Positions 30,593 to 45,018 of a DNA stretch of 64,000 bases are shown piece after piece. The stretch is from the human T2T-CHM13v2.0 reference genome, Homo sapiens. The notes beneath the pieces are model-generated. The model was not told where the DNA came from. It did not search any database and was given only the letters and a program-made list of their open reading frames with translations. A program made the position numbers and the translations under genes. Positions within the stretch are counted from its first letter, which is position 1, and each line of letters begins with the position of its first letter. Location: the NCBI RefSeq assembly GCF_009914755.1, contig NC_060930.1, one strand, 5' to 3'.

Positions 30593-30956
30593 GTGAGAAT
30601 TTTGCTAGCCTTGTGTTTATTCAACAAAATATTATGAGCTTCTGAAAAGGATATATGCTCTTGTAACATAGCTGTGACTTTTCACTTTGTAAGTCATCGA
30701 GGTACCTTTATCTCCTTTTAAGAAACCTAAACATGCCTCTTGCTCCCAGACATTCTACTGTAAAATACAGCCACCCCCAACCCCCAGTCCCTTGTCTTCC
30801 TACCCGCTGACATAGTCCAAATGTATGATTTTGTTTCTTCCACTAAGATGTGCATGGGTCCAGGGACTTTGTTTTCCTCACTGCTGTATTCCCAGTGCTC
30901 AGAACAGTGCCAGGCATCCTGAAGGTCAATGCTGAATGAAGATCAAGAACCTTACA

Positions 30957-31310
30957 CAGAGGGTCTCCACCTTCTGATGGTTCAACCTACAATTTTTCGA
31001 CTTTACCGTGGTGTGAAAGTGACACACATTCAGTAGAAATCGTACTTCGAGTACCCAGACAACCATTCTGTTTTTTGCTTCTAGTGCAGCATTCAATACA
31101 TTTCATGAGATACTCAACACTTAATTATAAAACAGGCCTTGTGTTCTGCCCAACCATAGGCTAATGTAAGTGTTCTGAGCACACTGAAGGCAGGCTAGGC
31201 TAAGCCGCAGTGGTTAGTAGGTACATTAAATGCATTCTCGACTTTCCATATTATCAACTTAACAATGGGTTGATTGGGATGTAATGCCATCTAAGTTAAG
31301 GGGCCTCTTA
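30957..31310 (-). mobile_element. MER47A-like Tigger (TcMar) MITE
   Basis: Matches the recalled MER47A consensus (GTACTTCGAGTACCC, GCTAGGCTAAGC); degenerate TIRs. Confidence 0.75.
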
Positions 31311-31635
31311 TACTCGTTCTTAATCGATAAGGCACCAAGTAAGCATTTCAAATCACGTTGTTCTTTCTGCTTGTTTCTAAAATTTCAGCTTAAGTTTTCA
31401 GAACCTTATTTCTACATTAACTATTTTGTTATTATCTTTCTTGTTTTTAGGCTTAGAAAATGTAAAACTTCGCTTTTTCATGTCAAATCAGTGTGACCTC
31501 TTCAGATCTACCACATATTTACTATTTTCTCCATTGTCAAAATAAACTGGCCATCAAAATAACATGCTGTTATTACTTTGTAGAAACACCAAAACTGAGA
31601 ACTCCCTTCCTTCTTTCAATCCAAGAGAACAGAAC

Positions 31636-31658
31636 TACACACACACACACACACACAC
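31636..31658. repeat. (CA)n microsatellite
   Basis: Direct reading. Confidence 0.9.
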
Positions 31659-31738
31659 CTATAACATAAAATTTCAGAAAGTTGTTTTGAAATTCCAGCA
31701 GAGACAGTTCTCATATGAGAGATAAAGAGCATTTTCTA

Positions 31739-32054
<316 letters not shown>

Positions 32055-32504
32055 CATTTTCTACTTTTAATTGAGCAGCAAGGGAAATCCACAAGGTGAG
32101 AAGATGCATAGGAATATGGTGTGATCTTCATGATCAAATTACAAAGCACCTTAGTGAAAGAAAGGAGCCTAGATTTATTATTACCAATTAACTTTTCAAC
32201 TTACTCCTTGGCAAAATAAGAATCTTAGCCCATGTAGTAGTTTCTAGTGTCTAGTTCTATTTACATAATTGAGCTCTGGTAATCTAAAAATGCTGAATTG
32301 CCTAACTTACAACTGTAAACCTAAGTCAAAAATGTCCATGTTTTCAGTAGCTACATTTTTGCCTAATTACCAGGATAGTTGCTAACTGAAGTCATATCAT
32401 AAAATAAAATCTTAATGTTAAATCTTACACAAGCTTTGAGGCAAACATTACACATTGTGTAACCTGTTTCTGTATCACAGCGAAATGTGTTTTTCTCACT
32501 GTAG

Positions 32505-33142
32505 CTTCATCCAGGTCTTTAAAAGTCCTGAAGAATTCCTCCAGCAACGAGTGGACCGGTGAGACTGGCAAGGGAACCTTGCTGGACTCTGACGAGGGCA
32601 GCTTGAGCAGCGGCACCCAGAGCAGCGGCTGCCCCACGGCTGAGGGCAGGCAGGACTCCAAGAGCACTTCTCCCGGGAAATACCCACACCCCGGCTTGGC
32701 AGATTTTGCCGACAATCTCATCAAAGAGAGTGACATCCTGAGCGATGAAGATGATGACCACCGTCAGACTGTGAAGCAGGGCAGCCCTACTAAAGACATC
32801 GAAATTCAGTTCCAGAGACTGAGGATTTCCGAGGACCCAGACGTTCACCCCGAGGCTGAGCAGCAGCCTGGCCCGGAGTCGGGTGAGGGTCAGAAAGGAG
32901 GAGAGCAGCCCAAACTGGTCCGGGGGCACTTCTGCCCCATTAAACGAAAAGCCAACAGCACCAAGAGGGACAGAGGAACTTTGCTCAAGGCGCAGATCCG
33001 TCACCAGTCCCTTGACAGTCAGTCTGAAAATGCCACCATCGACCTAAATTCTGTTCTAGAGCGAGAATTCAGTGTCCAGAGTTTAACATCTGTTGTCAGT
33101 GAGGAGTGTTTTTATGAAACAGAGAGCCACGGAAAATCATAG
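32505..33142 (+). CDS. TIAM2: TIAM2 last coding exon (ASSRSLKVLK...ETESHGKS*)
   Basis: ctcactgtag|CT; includes ORF 32579-33142; all exons from ATG 16608 sum to 1881 nt = 626 aa + stop. Confidence 0.97.
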
Positions 33143-33745
33143 TATGATTCAATCCAGATATGGGTTAAATTCCTCATTTTACTTTTAAACTGGTGGTAAA
33201 GTGGAAATTGCAAAAAAAAAAAAAAAAAAAAACTGTTCATTCCTGGGTTTTGTGCAGTATACATTTTCCCACAAAATGGTTGTAAAGATTTAAGTTATTT
33301 TAATTTATTGTGGATCAGAAACCTAGATGAAACTGGTCAGAATCTGTAAATTACTTAGTTTATATCCACTTTGAGCAGGTATCAAATGATTTAGGATCCT
33401 TAAAATTACATTCTAATAATTAAGTTATGTGGAAAAAGTAAGGCTGGGGAAGTCGTGATTAATAGTTTTCAAAGGGCCATTTTTTAAAATCCTCTGGGCA
33501 TTTTCTTTCAGCTGTTTGTTAGTTTTTGCTTTATTTAAAGCATATTTAAGTTATTTTAATGTGGTTTAGGGGCAAAATGTGCAGATACTTCATTTTTGTA
33601 AGATAGATTGTAATAGATGCTGTTTATACTAAACATGTCATAACTATCTATACAGTATATATTAAAAGAAAGCTTGTACTGTATCTTATTTGATGATATT
33701 TATTTTCTCTGCCAAGCTGTATAGTAAAAGGAAAATAAGTCACAT
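33143..33745 (+). other. TIAM2: TIAM2 3' UTR (end approximate) with candidate poly(A) signals ATTAAA 33661-33666 and AGTAAA 33723-33728
   Basis: AU-rich sequence after TAG; hexamers read directly; cleavage site inferred. Confidence 0.7.
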
Positions 33746-33856
33746 CTGGTCATTGGCATTTGTATCGTCATTCTGTAAAGACAAAAGAGTACCTATATAA
33801 GAAGCTCCACGTAGTGCAAATCGACATCTGGTAGGCTGCTCGCCCCCAGGCAGCAG

Positions 33857-34207
<351 letters not shown>

Positions 34208-36292
34208 CTACTGACAGCTGGAGAGAGTGGCAGGAGCCTCTTGGATTATATAGCACCAGATAAGAGGCACGGCCCGCCACTGAGGCAGCTCTAACCTGAG
34301 GCGCGAGGCAAGCACACAATGGGAAAGCATTCTCCAAAGCTAAATCAGTACATGTACTTTTTAAAGGTAAGTAAGTAAGTTTAAAGTAACATCTGCTCAG
34401 CTGCATTCTTGTAGAAACATAAGCTTGATGTGCCTCATGTTTCAATGTGAAAGTTGTATTATTTCTTGTGTGACAAATCATCAGTTTTGATTCTCTAGAA
34501 TTTGAATGTATCAGCCTTTAGAACTCTTCACGCTAAAAGAGTTACTTTTTTTTGCTAAAAGTTTGAAAATAGCTGATAGGAAAATATAATTATTCCTCTT
34601 GTTATTTTTCAAGCATCTTTAAAACTGATTTGAAGTAGAGGATATATTTTAAATTTCATCTATCCAAATTGAACCATTGTTTTAAAATGAATAGCAGAAC
34701 TGCTTGAAATGCTGCGGAGTTAGGCCTGGATTGCATTTTTCTTCAAGTCTCAGGGCTCTTACAGAGCTCATCCCAAGGGGCTTGGAAGGTGTCATGGCCA
34801 GGGGAGATAGATAGCATGTTGCTTATAGGCTGATGGTCCTTTCAACAAGGAATTGCATGTCCCCCACACTTTCAGGGTGAGGTGACAGATCTTTGAGTTC
34901 AGTTTCATGGCAAAGAGGGCCTGATGATGGCAGTTTCTAATATCTGAAGAACACCAATAAGTCAAAGTCCTTTGACCTGTTACCCTGGGTGGCACAGTAT
35001 CTGGTCCATGTCTGTCCTGAGGATGGTGTATCTGAAATGAATAGGGCCCTTCACTTAGCTGGGGGGTTGCCTTGGAAACGCTAGTGCCAGCTCTAGGCTC
35101 AGACCAATTCCAGGATTTCCAAAAGCACATAAAAGGACATAGTTTTGTGCTCCCTCCTCCCCCATGAATCAGGGCTATCAGGTACAGCTGTGTGGGTCCT
35201 GCTCTGCGTGAGGGGTAAGTGTGAGCCAAAATCCAGCTTCTGTTTCACTCACCAGCAGTGCACAGTAGCTGGGGGCTGCAGCCAAAATGGCTGGCCAGTG
35301 GCATCTCTGTCACCAGCTCTGCACCTTAAGTCTCTGCTAGAGAAGCAGGAACTATCTGGTAAGGTGGGAATTCTGGCTTAATTAGAGGCAACAAGTGGCA
35401 GGCTGAGGCTCCAGCTTCTGCCATCTGGCATCCTCAGCAATGGGCTTTGTGGACTGCAGCACTCTTAGGAGCTGATGCCCAGCTGGCCCCTAAAATAATC
35501 TGCTGTCATTTCATATGCTAAAGGGACACTTCGGACCTTGTGAAAGAGAGAATTACAATGAAGCCATGTGAGGAGGTTTTAGAAAATGAGAAATATGTGC
35601 CTCTCACGCCGAGCCTCTTTAAACAGCGGACTATGGATAGATTATCGTAGATGGAAATCTTTTACAAATACACTTTCCTGCCTTCTTAAGCAGACTATCA
35701 CTGGGCTTAACTAAACAGCTTCTTGGCTCTTTCTGGATCTGCAACAAGGCTGTGGTCCTTCAGAGCCCATCGAGGTGGGCGACCTCTAGACCACCAGGCC
35801 CTGTCAGGTTTTCCCAGTGATTCCTGAGAGCCTCTTGGCAGCAGCAGCTTTCTGTGAGATGGAAACGTGCTTACGTGAGGACTTCGTGATATGATTTTGG
35901 CTGCTCAGAAGTCATATTTGCTTCCTAGTTCTCAAGTGTGTCCTTAAAGAAGAGATAGGGCAACTCGGTAGAAAGCAAGCATTTAAAAAACCCATTATTA
36001 TCTGTCTTGAGTCCTCACTGGGGAACCACGAGCTCCCTGGTACAGAGCCTCTGTGAGCTGTGCAGTCACCAACTCCAGGCTGCGCTTATGTTTAAGCCAC
36101 CCTGAGAGAGGCCACCTGAGGTCTAGCAAGTCTTTGCTCTCTCCTCATTGGCAGTGAAGTCTTGTCCGTCACAGGCCTGAACTAAGTGTAATACTCAGAG
36201 CTTTAAGAATAGAGCAAACAAGGTTCTCACTCTTAAAAAGTGCCTGAGGATTTTATAAAGACTGCAACTGAAGAGAAGAAAAGGCATTCTTA

Positions 36293-36481
<189 letters not shown>

Positions 36482-39400
36482 TCAACTCATCCTTGTAAAA
36501 CAGGAGGATGGGCTGTCAACAGCCTGTTTTCATAAACAGACCTTTCCACGTACTTCGGTTTCATCTCTAGGCATGGAAGATGGTACATTCTGGATTCGCA
36601 AATGACATGGAGAAATCAGCCGGCTGCACCTGTTCTCTAATGACATCCACCAGACCTGTGCTTGATGGTCACTTAATTTTAAAACACAGTTTCACAATGG
36701 CTTAAAAATCAATCCAAATCATTAAAGTCAGTCAGCAGATAATAGATGGCATTAGAATATTTTAGTTTTTGAATGAGGAAAAAAATAAGCCGCAGCAGCA
36801 GCTTCAAGACACAGAGAGATGGCAGACAGGCCCCCAGGGACCACTCAGTGCTAAACTTCCCAGATAGAGACACCACTTATTTTCGGTAGACACTGATTAA
36901 TCAGCTGGACTGAATTCATGAGTGTAGTCTGAAAAGCCACAGAACTTTCTAGTAGCAATTTTAAATGCCCCGAAAGGCATAGGCAGGACTGAAATTGAAA
37001 ATGGAAACCATCAAAAAATGTCACTGTTTGATAGTGTTTAAGCTACTGCCAGCTGTGGAGATTCTTTAATTGTCAGAAGATAAAACTTTTCAGGCATATC
37101 TTATAAGAGATTTATACCCTGATTTGTTCCAAAAATGGACTCATGGTGATTCACAAGGACAAATTCAAATACCAAAGGAAAAACATTTAAAGACAGAGGG
37201 AAATGGATTCAAAACAGTAACTACACACACAAAAATGCTAACGGAGACCATGGTCTAGGAAATGGGAAGTCTCGTCATAATTGACAAAAGCCTCAGTCTC
37301 CAGGAATTGTTAAACTTGTTAATGAGGATCTCATACAGACTCAACAAAAGGCGAAGAAAGTACGGCAATTTAGGAGGTGTGGGCTGCACCACTGCTTTTC
37401 AAAAGGAACTCCATTGTTGAAATCCCATAGAGGTTGTCATTTTCTCCTAAGAGGACTTGCTTCTAAAGATCCTTGTGGCTACATAATTCCTTAAACAGAT
37501 GAAAATGGGAGACTGGCTTTTCTGGTTGTGTTTCTTTTAGGGTAGAAGGAAAACAACTGAATATGATGTGAGACTTTATGGACAAGAAAGTGAAAATAAG
37601 CTGTGCTCAGCCTCACACAGCCTGACGCGCTTGTGGGAGGTGCCTGTGGTGCCTGAGCTGTGTCATCAAGGCCCCGGACCCCTGAGAGCTTGCACCTCCC
37701 TATTTAAACAATCAATGAGCCTGTCCCCGAAGGTTTCAGGTCAGCTACAGCTGCTCCTACTGGATGGAATGGGAAATAGAAGGCTTTGGTGGTAAGGGGC
37801 GGTGTGGGCTGGCGCATGCTGAGAATGTGCCAAGCGGCCTTTCCACACCCCAAATGCCCACCCCCAACATCCATCAGCCTTCTTGTGAAGTCCAGCAGGC
37901 TGTTCTTGTGAAGATTCTATGGTGGAACAGTAGTTATGAACAGTGACTTAACTAAGATGTCAAATGCTCTTAATAAATTTTAGTAAGTTTTTTGAATTGT
38001 GTGCTATATGTTGTTTCATGTTTCCTCAAGTTTAGTAACAACTACCTCTTCCTACAGGACTTCCCTTAGACTTTAACAAAACGCACCATAGAACAGTGCC
38101 CAGCTTGGAGAGGTCTGTGGTCATCAGGGAAAGAGGGACTGAAGAAGACAAGGGGCTGTGGAGTGGATGCAGGGTGTAGGTGGGGTAGATGTACTGCTAT
38201 AGGGAGAGAAGAAAGGTGGTTTCAGCTCAGGGCAGTTCTGGGGAAGGAAAAAGAAGACCTGATCTATGAATGGCAGAGTGCAGGCAGCAGCCCAAGACAC
38301 ACTCCACTGACTTCAGATGTCAGGTTCCTTCCCACAAACTCTGAACTATCCTGCCTACCTCGCCTCCTCCTGATTTGTATAGAGAAGTGGTCCCAACTGT
38401 CAGGCATGTGTCTGGCCACTCTCTACACCTCGCCAGCCTTCTCTCACTGGACTCTCCATTTCCCTTTCATCCCCTGAGCTTCCTGGCACCCTTGTCCCTG
38501 CCTCCCGTTCTCCAGGACTCATCTCCTGTAACCCTTCAACTCCAGTTCTCCCAGTGACAAAGAGCCAATTCTATCAATTCTTACTAGCAGCCTGCTAGTC
38601 TCCAGAAGAAATACTCTTAGCAAAATCTGAGATAAAATCTAATCCCTGCCTAGGCCTAAAACCATGAAATATTATCAAAACTCTACATAAGGCTTACAAA
38701 CTATTAAGACCAAAAGCACAAATACAGAGATAGATGCACTCTCTTCCAGTACAGAAACTGCCACTTTCAGCTTCCTTAGATTTTAAATTTTGGCCTCATC
38801 TTTATTTGCCTGATTTCATTCCTTTGAGATATAGTTGGTATTTGCAAATACAGGAAGTGTCTAACTTTTGCTTGATTTAAATAAAGTTTTAAAACCCTGA
38901 ACAAATATAGTAGTACCCCATGTAAACTATAGCGTCGACTTCTAAAGTTTGAATACAATTCCAATACTCTGTTAAGTTGGCTTATATTATGTCACGGCTA
39001 AAAGAGAATTCCCCTCACAAATGCAGTTACTATTTAGTGGGAGATTCTGTAAAACTCAGCGTCAACAAAGCTCTTCCAGTTATGTCTCCTGCTTCTGGGA
39101 CGGCCAGGACCTCTCCTGTACCACCCCTTCCTCTCCCTTTCCCCCAAAGGCACCTTTCAGAATTACTCTGAATGATGGAGCCCATTTTTTTCTAGAACTA
39201 TAGGAAAGCTGCTTGGTAACTATGGTAACGAATACAAAAATGTTTTTTACTTATAATTGAATGCTTATTTAAAATTACAAGTATTATTTTTTCTTCCTTG
39301 AGTTTTAAGTCTATTAATGGGTTTGATTACAAAAAAGAAATCAGTACAAAGGCATCAGAAGTACTTAAAATATTCTAGTTTAATGCCGCCAGCCTTTTCC

Positions 39401-40029
39401 AAACTCAGTCCATCAGTATACCAAAATGACCTACTAAAATTTCAAATGAAAGGATTTAAAATGAATTTAAATATTTGCCTTTCTAACCCTATACGTCAAC
39501 GCTGTAACAAGCTAAGACTGTTTCTCAGTGTTAGCAGCCTTGGCCATAACAGGCCCGAGGCAGATGTCCTAGTTTCCAGGCCAGGGTGTCTAGGACGTGA
39601 CTGGTTATCAGCTCAGAGCAGCACTTGGAACTCACAAGGGACCCGGGCTAAGGAGATATTAAATCTTAAATCTTAGATATTAGATATTACAACTGAGAAC
39701 TGTAATCAACATGATATACAGAGGACACTGAAGAGACGTACAACTCAGTTCCTGATGATTATCATATGCCCAAAAGCTAAGTCACGACCACATGCACAGA
39801 CACAGAAACAATGCTGGCCACTGTCTACAAAAGGGTCTTCATTCAACACTCTCACGGTGTTCAAGACCATTAGAGGACAAGATAGTGGAGATGAAAAAAT
39901 GATGAGGAAGTTACTATGTAAATAGCCAAGACACAGCCATAACTTAAGACAACAGAAGGGCTAGTGAAAAAAAAAAAAAAGACCACAGGGAATAATCAGT
40001 AAGACTTTAAAGAACAACATATAAGAAGG

Positions 40030-40309
40030 ATTCAAAGTTCGAAGTGGGATGATCACGGGCAGACCTGGGTGGTTGGGAACAGGAAGCATATGGCATCTTG
40101 CAGGCTATAGGCACCACAAAATGGAACGCAGGAGGACAGGGGCTTGGGAGAGCCACTTCACTGTCGGGTAAAACAACGGAGCAAGATGAGTGCCTCCGGA
40201 TGCTTGGTTTCCCCACCCTCCAGTGTCTGCTTGCTCTTCAAGTACCTCCACCAAGCTAATGACAGTCCACTTTAGGACATCACGGGCCTCGAGGTTACAA
40301 CTTTCCCAG
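40030..40309 (+). other. CLDN20: Probable non-coding first exon of CLDN20 (5' end approximate)
   Basis: Strong donor CAG|gtaagg at 40309, locally CpG-richer, fits the recalled two-exon structure. Confidence 0.6.
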
Positions 40310-41657
40310 GTAAGGAGAATCCCAGGTAGAGGCAGCAAGTCACTGATGCCTGTGATATGATAATTATGCATGTCATAGAAAAAGAAAATACTGACAAATG
40401 TGAATGTAGATCACATTTTCTGGAATTGGTTCACTCTACCTGTGATCCATGTCCAAAAGCCAATTTAAGGAAAGAATTTCCACTGTAAAACCTTAAAGCT
40501 GACAGCATTCTAAGTATTTCAAACCAACTGGTTCAATAAAGATCAACTACACGGTCAGTACCTATCCTAAAGTTTACAATTTGTGTTATTGTAACAATAT
40601 TTATTTCTGCAGAAGTTCTGTCCTCACCCTTTTTTCTTCCTACAGATCTTTGTTTTTTTCTCTTTCTTCTTGGGATCATAAAAAAAGAACAGATTTTAAA
40701 CAGTCACATAGTGTTTCCTCTCAGAGCAGATGTGGTAGGAAGAACTGAGGCCAAGAGAATGACAGCAAACTCAGATCACAAGAGAAATAAGACTAAGAAA
40801 TGTGGTGAGGGGGATGAAGAGTTTTTTTACTGTGTAAATTATGTAAATGTACATATGTATGTATGTAAATTACACCTATTAGTAATAACAACAACAAGAT
40901 GAGTCAGTGTCTCTTGGTCCCAAGAGATTAAACAATTTCAGGGAGATGCACGTGTAATCCTCAAGAAAGCACAAATGGAACAAGAACTGACAATTGTTGT
41001 ATAAAGGTTTTCTGTTATATTTAATCTGGAGTTCCTGGATGATCAGAGGGAAAAGACCTTCCTAAAACTAGGCCTTTTCCACAAACCACGCCCTTGGTGT
41101 CTGTGAAGCAGCAGCATCTGGACGTGCCCTGTGTTTCCTGTCCCGGGCTGTGCTCCCGCTTGGGTTTGTGGATGTGGCAGGAGCTGCCTGAGGCAGCTTC
41201 GAGGCTGCCCAGCCGGGCCATGGGTGTGGCAGCACATTGGCAACTGCCAGGGTCTGGACCCCAGCGCTGCAGGTCCTGAGCAACTCCCGTCCCTCAGAGA
41301 GAAGACAGGACCTCAGAGAGGCTCTCAATCTAAACAAACTCAGAAGGCACTTGATAAATGCTGCTAGTAATATTATTAAAAGACTGAGAAATAGAACATG
41401 CATACAAATATAGTAATTCATAATAAACCATAATTATCAAACGGACTAGACATCACACTGAAGATGCTTGGTCAGTACATTCGTATATTCATAGCTGATA
41501 CTGTTAATTTCCTAAGGCTGGGACAGAAGAAGAACATTATTTTAGGATTAGGTCAAATCACTTTAAATTTGTAGGGCTGGAACAGGTAACTATTTTATCT
41601 TACTCTGAACTGTCATTATTTTCAAGATTGAATGGAAAGCAAAGAAGAAAAAACATT

Positions 41658-42208
41658 TGTATTAGGGTTCTCTAGAGGGACAGAACTAATGGAATATATA
41701 TATATGAGTTTATTAAATATAAATATTAAATATATTTATATATAATATAAATATATATTATATATAATATATAATATATATTTAATATATAATATGTAAA
41801 TATTAAATATATATATAAAGAAGAGTTTATTAAGTATTAACTCACATGATCACAAGGTCCCACAATAGGCCATCTGCAGGCTGAGAAGCAAGGAGAGCCA
41901 GTCCAAGTTCCAAAACTGAAGAACTTGGGAGTCCAATGTTTGAGGATAGGAAGCATCCAGCACGTGAGAAAAGATGTGGGCTGGGAGGCTAAGCCAGTCT
42001 CTCTTTTCACATTTTTCTGCCCACTTATATTCTAGCTGAGCCGGCAGCTGATTAGATGGTGCCCACCCAGATTGAGGGCGGGTCTACCTTCCCCACCTCA
42101 CTGACTCAAATGTTAATCTCCTTTGACAACACCCTCACAGATACACCCAGGATCAATACTTTGTATCCTTCAATCCAATCAAGTTGACACTCAGTGTTAA
42201 CCATCACA
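41658..42208 (-). mobile_element. MLT2A (HERV-L) solo LTR with internal AT-rich (TA)n expansion
   Basis: TG...CA ends, 5-bp TSD ACATT, terminal CAATCCAATCAAGTTGACACTCAGTGTTAACCATCACA. Confidence 0.9.
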
Positions 42209-42585
42209 ACATTTTTTTTAAAATTCAGAACCCCAACTTTTCATTAGAATTAAATGGACAGCATTTGAAAAATACAAGGATGGGGCTCCATCCCAGAAAA
42301 TTAAATAAAAGCCACTGGGTTGGGCCTGAGCCTCTTGGGGCTTTTCCAAAGCCCTCGTGTGGGCAGAAATGAGAATCACAGGTTTGGGGAACAATCCTAG
42401 TTGCTTGGGAAAGTATCACACAGTCAACTCAAATCCTGGAGATTAAATTCACTAGAAGTGCAGCTAGAGCCCTGTGACACCCACAAAGCCAGCCTGAGTC
42501 CCTGCTGGATACAGCTCACCAGGGGGGATGAAAAGCCAGATACAAACTTCCCCAGTCTCGCTCACAGTTAAGAATGACCAAATGA

Positions 42586-43296
<711 letters not shown>

Positions 43297-43349
43297 TAGA
43301 ATATGGTGCTTCTTGATGAAAGGGTCAGCTGAGGCAGCCATCTCATAGC

Positions 43350-43813
43350 TGTTGAAGTAAACCTAAAATATAGAGACAAATCTCCAAATTCAATGTTTTA
43401 TTTGGGAAGCAAGAATTGTAAATTAGGGCCTACACACAGACCAGGTGGTCTTCAGTATGTCCAAAGAACAAAAGGAAGGTTGGGAGTTTTATTAGAGAAA
43501 TGTTATGTGTTGTTTTGAAAGAAAGCTCATTGGCACTAGAGAAGCTTTTGGGTGTGGACAAGCTCTGATTGGTGAGTGACGACAGCAGGTAAAACCAGTC
43601 TTAGAGTCACAGTAGGTGGTCCCAGCAGCTACTAGCTAAAACTGGTCTTGGTGTTACAGCAGGCCATTTCAGCAGCTAGGCTTATAGAAAGTGTAAATTT
43701 TGGAGCAGGTGCGACAGTGCTATGTGCCCTGAGTGCTTTTTCCTCCTGGCCCCTTGACTCTGATTTAGTTGGGTAAGACAAGAATGACCTAATTTGTATA
43801 ATCAACCTTCACA
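43350..43813 (-). mobile_element. ERV1-class solo LTR (MER31-like)
   Basis: TG...CA ends, near 4-bp TSD (TAGC/CAGC), - strand CCAAT boxes and AATAAA; family assigned from recall. Confidence 0.6.
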
Positions 43814-44654
43814 CAGCCAAGAAAAGTTCAGTTTGAAGGAACAGAAAAACAGAATGAGCTGGAATACTTAAGAAGAGTTTTAAATTGCAGAACTAACCTT
43901 GAACAGTACTGACTTTCAAACAATGAGTCCTTATAGTTTAGTCTACTGTTAGATTTTTCTGTAATTTGTCCACTGAAACATCTGAAACCAATACAAGCCC
44001 AAAGCCCCTTCTACAAATTTGTTTTCAAAATGTAGACAGGAAATTTTGGGTTCTTTTTACAGACCGAAGATGCCCTTGACTACATTATATATATTTAATT
44101 ATATTTCCAGAATTTATGAACACCCTTTATCTTGAATCCATTTCCTATGCAATATCTCTACTCATCTAGTTATTTCCATTTAATCGCTCCCATTACCACA
44201 GCCTCCCAGAGTCTGTCTGTCTCCAATTCTGATCTCTTTAAATCCTCCACACCATAGCCAAGTGCTCTTAAACCACAAATTCCACCACAAAAAAACACTC
44301 TGATGGTTCACACTGCCTCTAGTGGTGGCCTTCAAACTCCTTCTTGAAGAAAATGTCAGCCACCAAAGTGTTTCCCCTTAACCCTGATCCCCAGGCTTCT
44401 TTGATTAGGGTAGAGGTCTCTCTCATAAGCCTGTTACTGTGATCCAGTGATGAGAAGATGGAGTGCAATGCTTTATAAACTGTTAAGCTCTATGAAAAGG
44501 TGTGGTATTGTTATTTCCAAAATACTCAGTTAAATTACTGATTCTTTCAGAAAGACAATAAAAGCCTACCTGAACATCCAGATTAACATCACTAAGCAAC
44601 ACCACACACTAAGGGAAGCTAAAGTAATTTCTGCTTAAAGATAAATGAAAACAT

Positions 44655-45018
44655 GATCTGTGACCTTACCCCCAACCCGGTGCTCTCTGAAACATGTGCT
44701 GTGTCCACTCAGGGTTAAGTGGATTAAGGGCGGTGCAAGATGTGCTTTGTTAAACAGATGCTTGAAGGCAGCATGCTTGCTAAGAGTCATCACCACTCCC
44801 TAATCTCAAGTACCCAGGGACACAAACACTGCGGAAGGCCGCAGGGTCCTCTGCCTAGGAAAACCAGAGACCTTTGTTCACTTGTTTATCTGCTGACCTT
44901 CCCTCCACTATTGTCCTATGACCCTGCCAAATCCCCCTCTGCGAGAAACACCCAAGAATGATCAATTAAAAAAAAAAAAAAGAAAAAAGAAAAAAAATTA
45001 AAAAATTAAAAAAAAAAA
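44655..45018 (+). mobile_element. 5'-truncated SVA (SINE-R 3' end plus poly-A)
   Basis: HERV-K LTR-derived SINE-R sequence ending GAGAAACACCCAAGAATGATCAAT-polyA; 18-bp TSD AAAGATAAATGAAAACAT. Confidence 0.95.

Larger units (their letters stand above)
32155..33856 (-). other. TFB1M: TFB1M 3' UTR region with tandem candidate AATAAA signals (33704-33699, 33535-33530, 33309-33304, 32179-32174)
   Basis: TTTATT hexamers on the + strand at those positions; distal end inferred. Confidence 0.6.

Noticed and set aside
32519-33004. 161-aa antisense ORF over the TIAM2 last exon
   Set aside because: Shadow of the coding strand with no recognisable domain; at most it would lie in a TFB1M 3' UTR
36542-36629. 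Possible 88-nt cryptic TFB1M exon on the - strand
   Set aside because: Both splice sites are weak and it would shift the frame; no independent support
44311-44330. CTCF-like motif CCACTAGAGGCAGTG on the - strand
   Set aside because: One G short of the core consensus; cannot be supported without ChIP data
44740-44961. 73-aa ORF MCFVKQMLEGS...
   Set aside because: Generic SVA SINE-R/HERV-K LTR translation, not a gene
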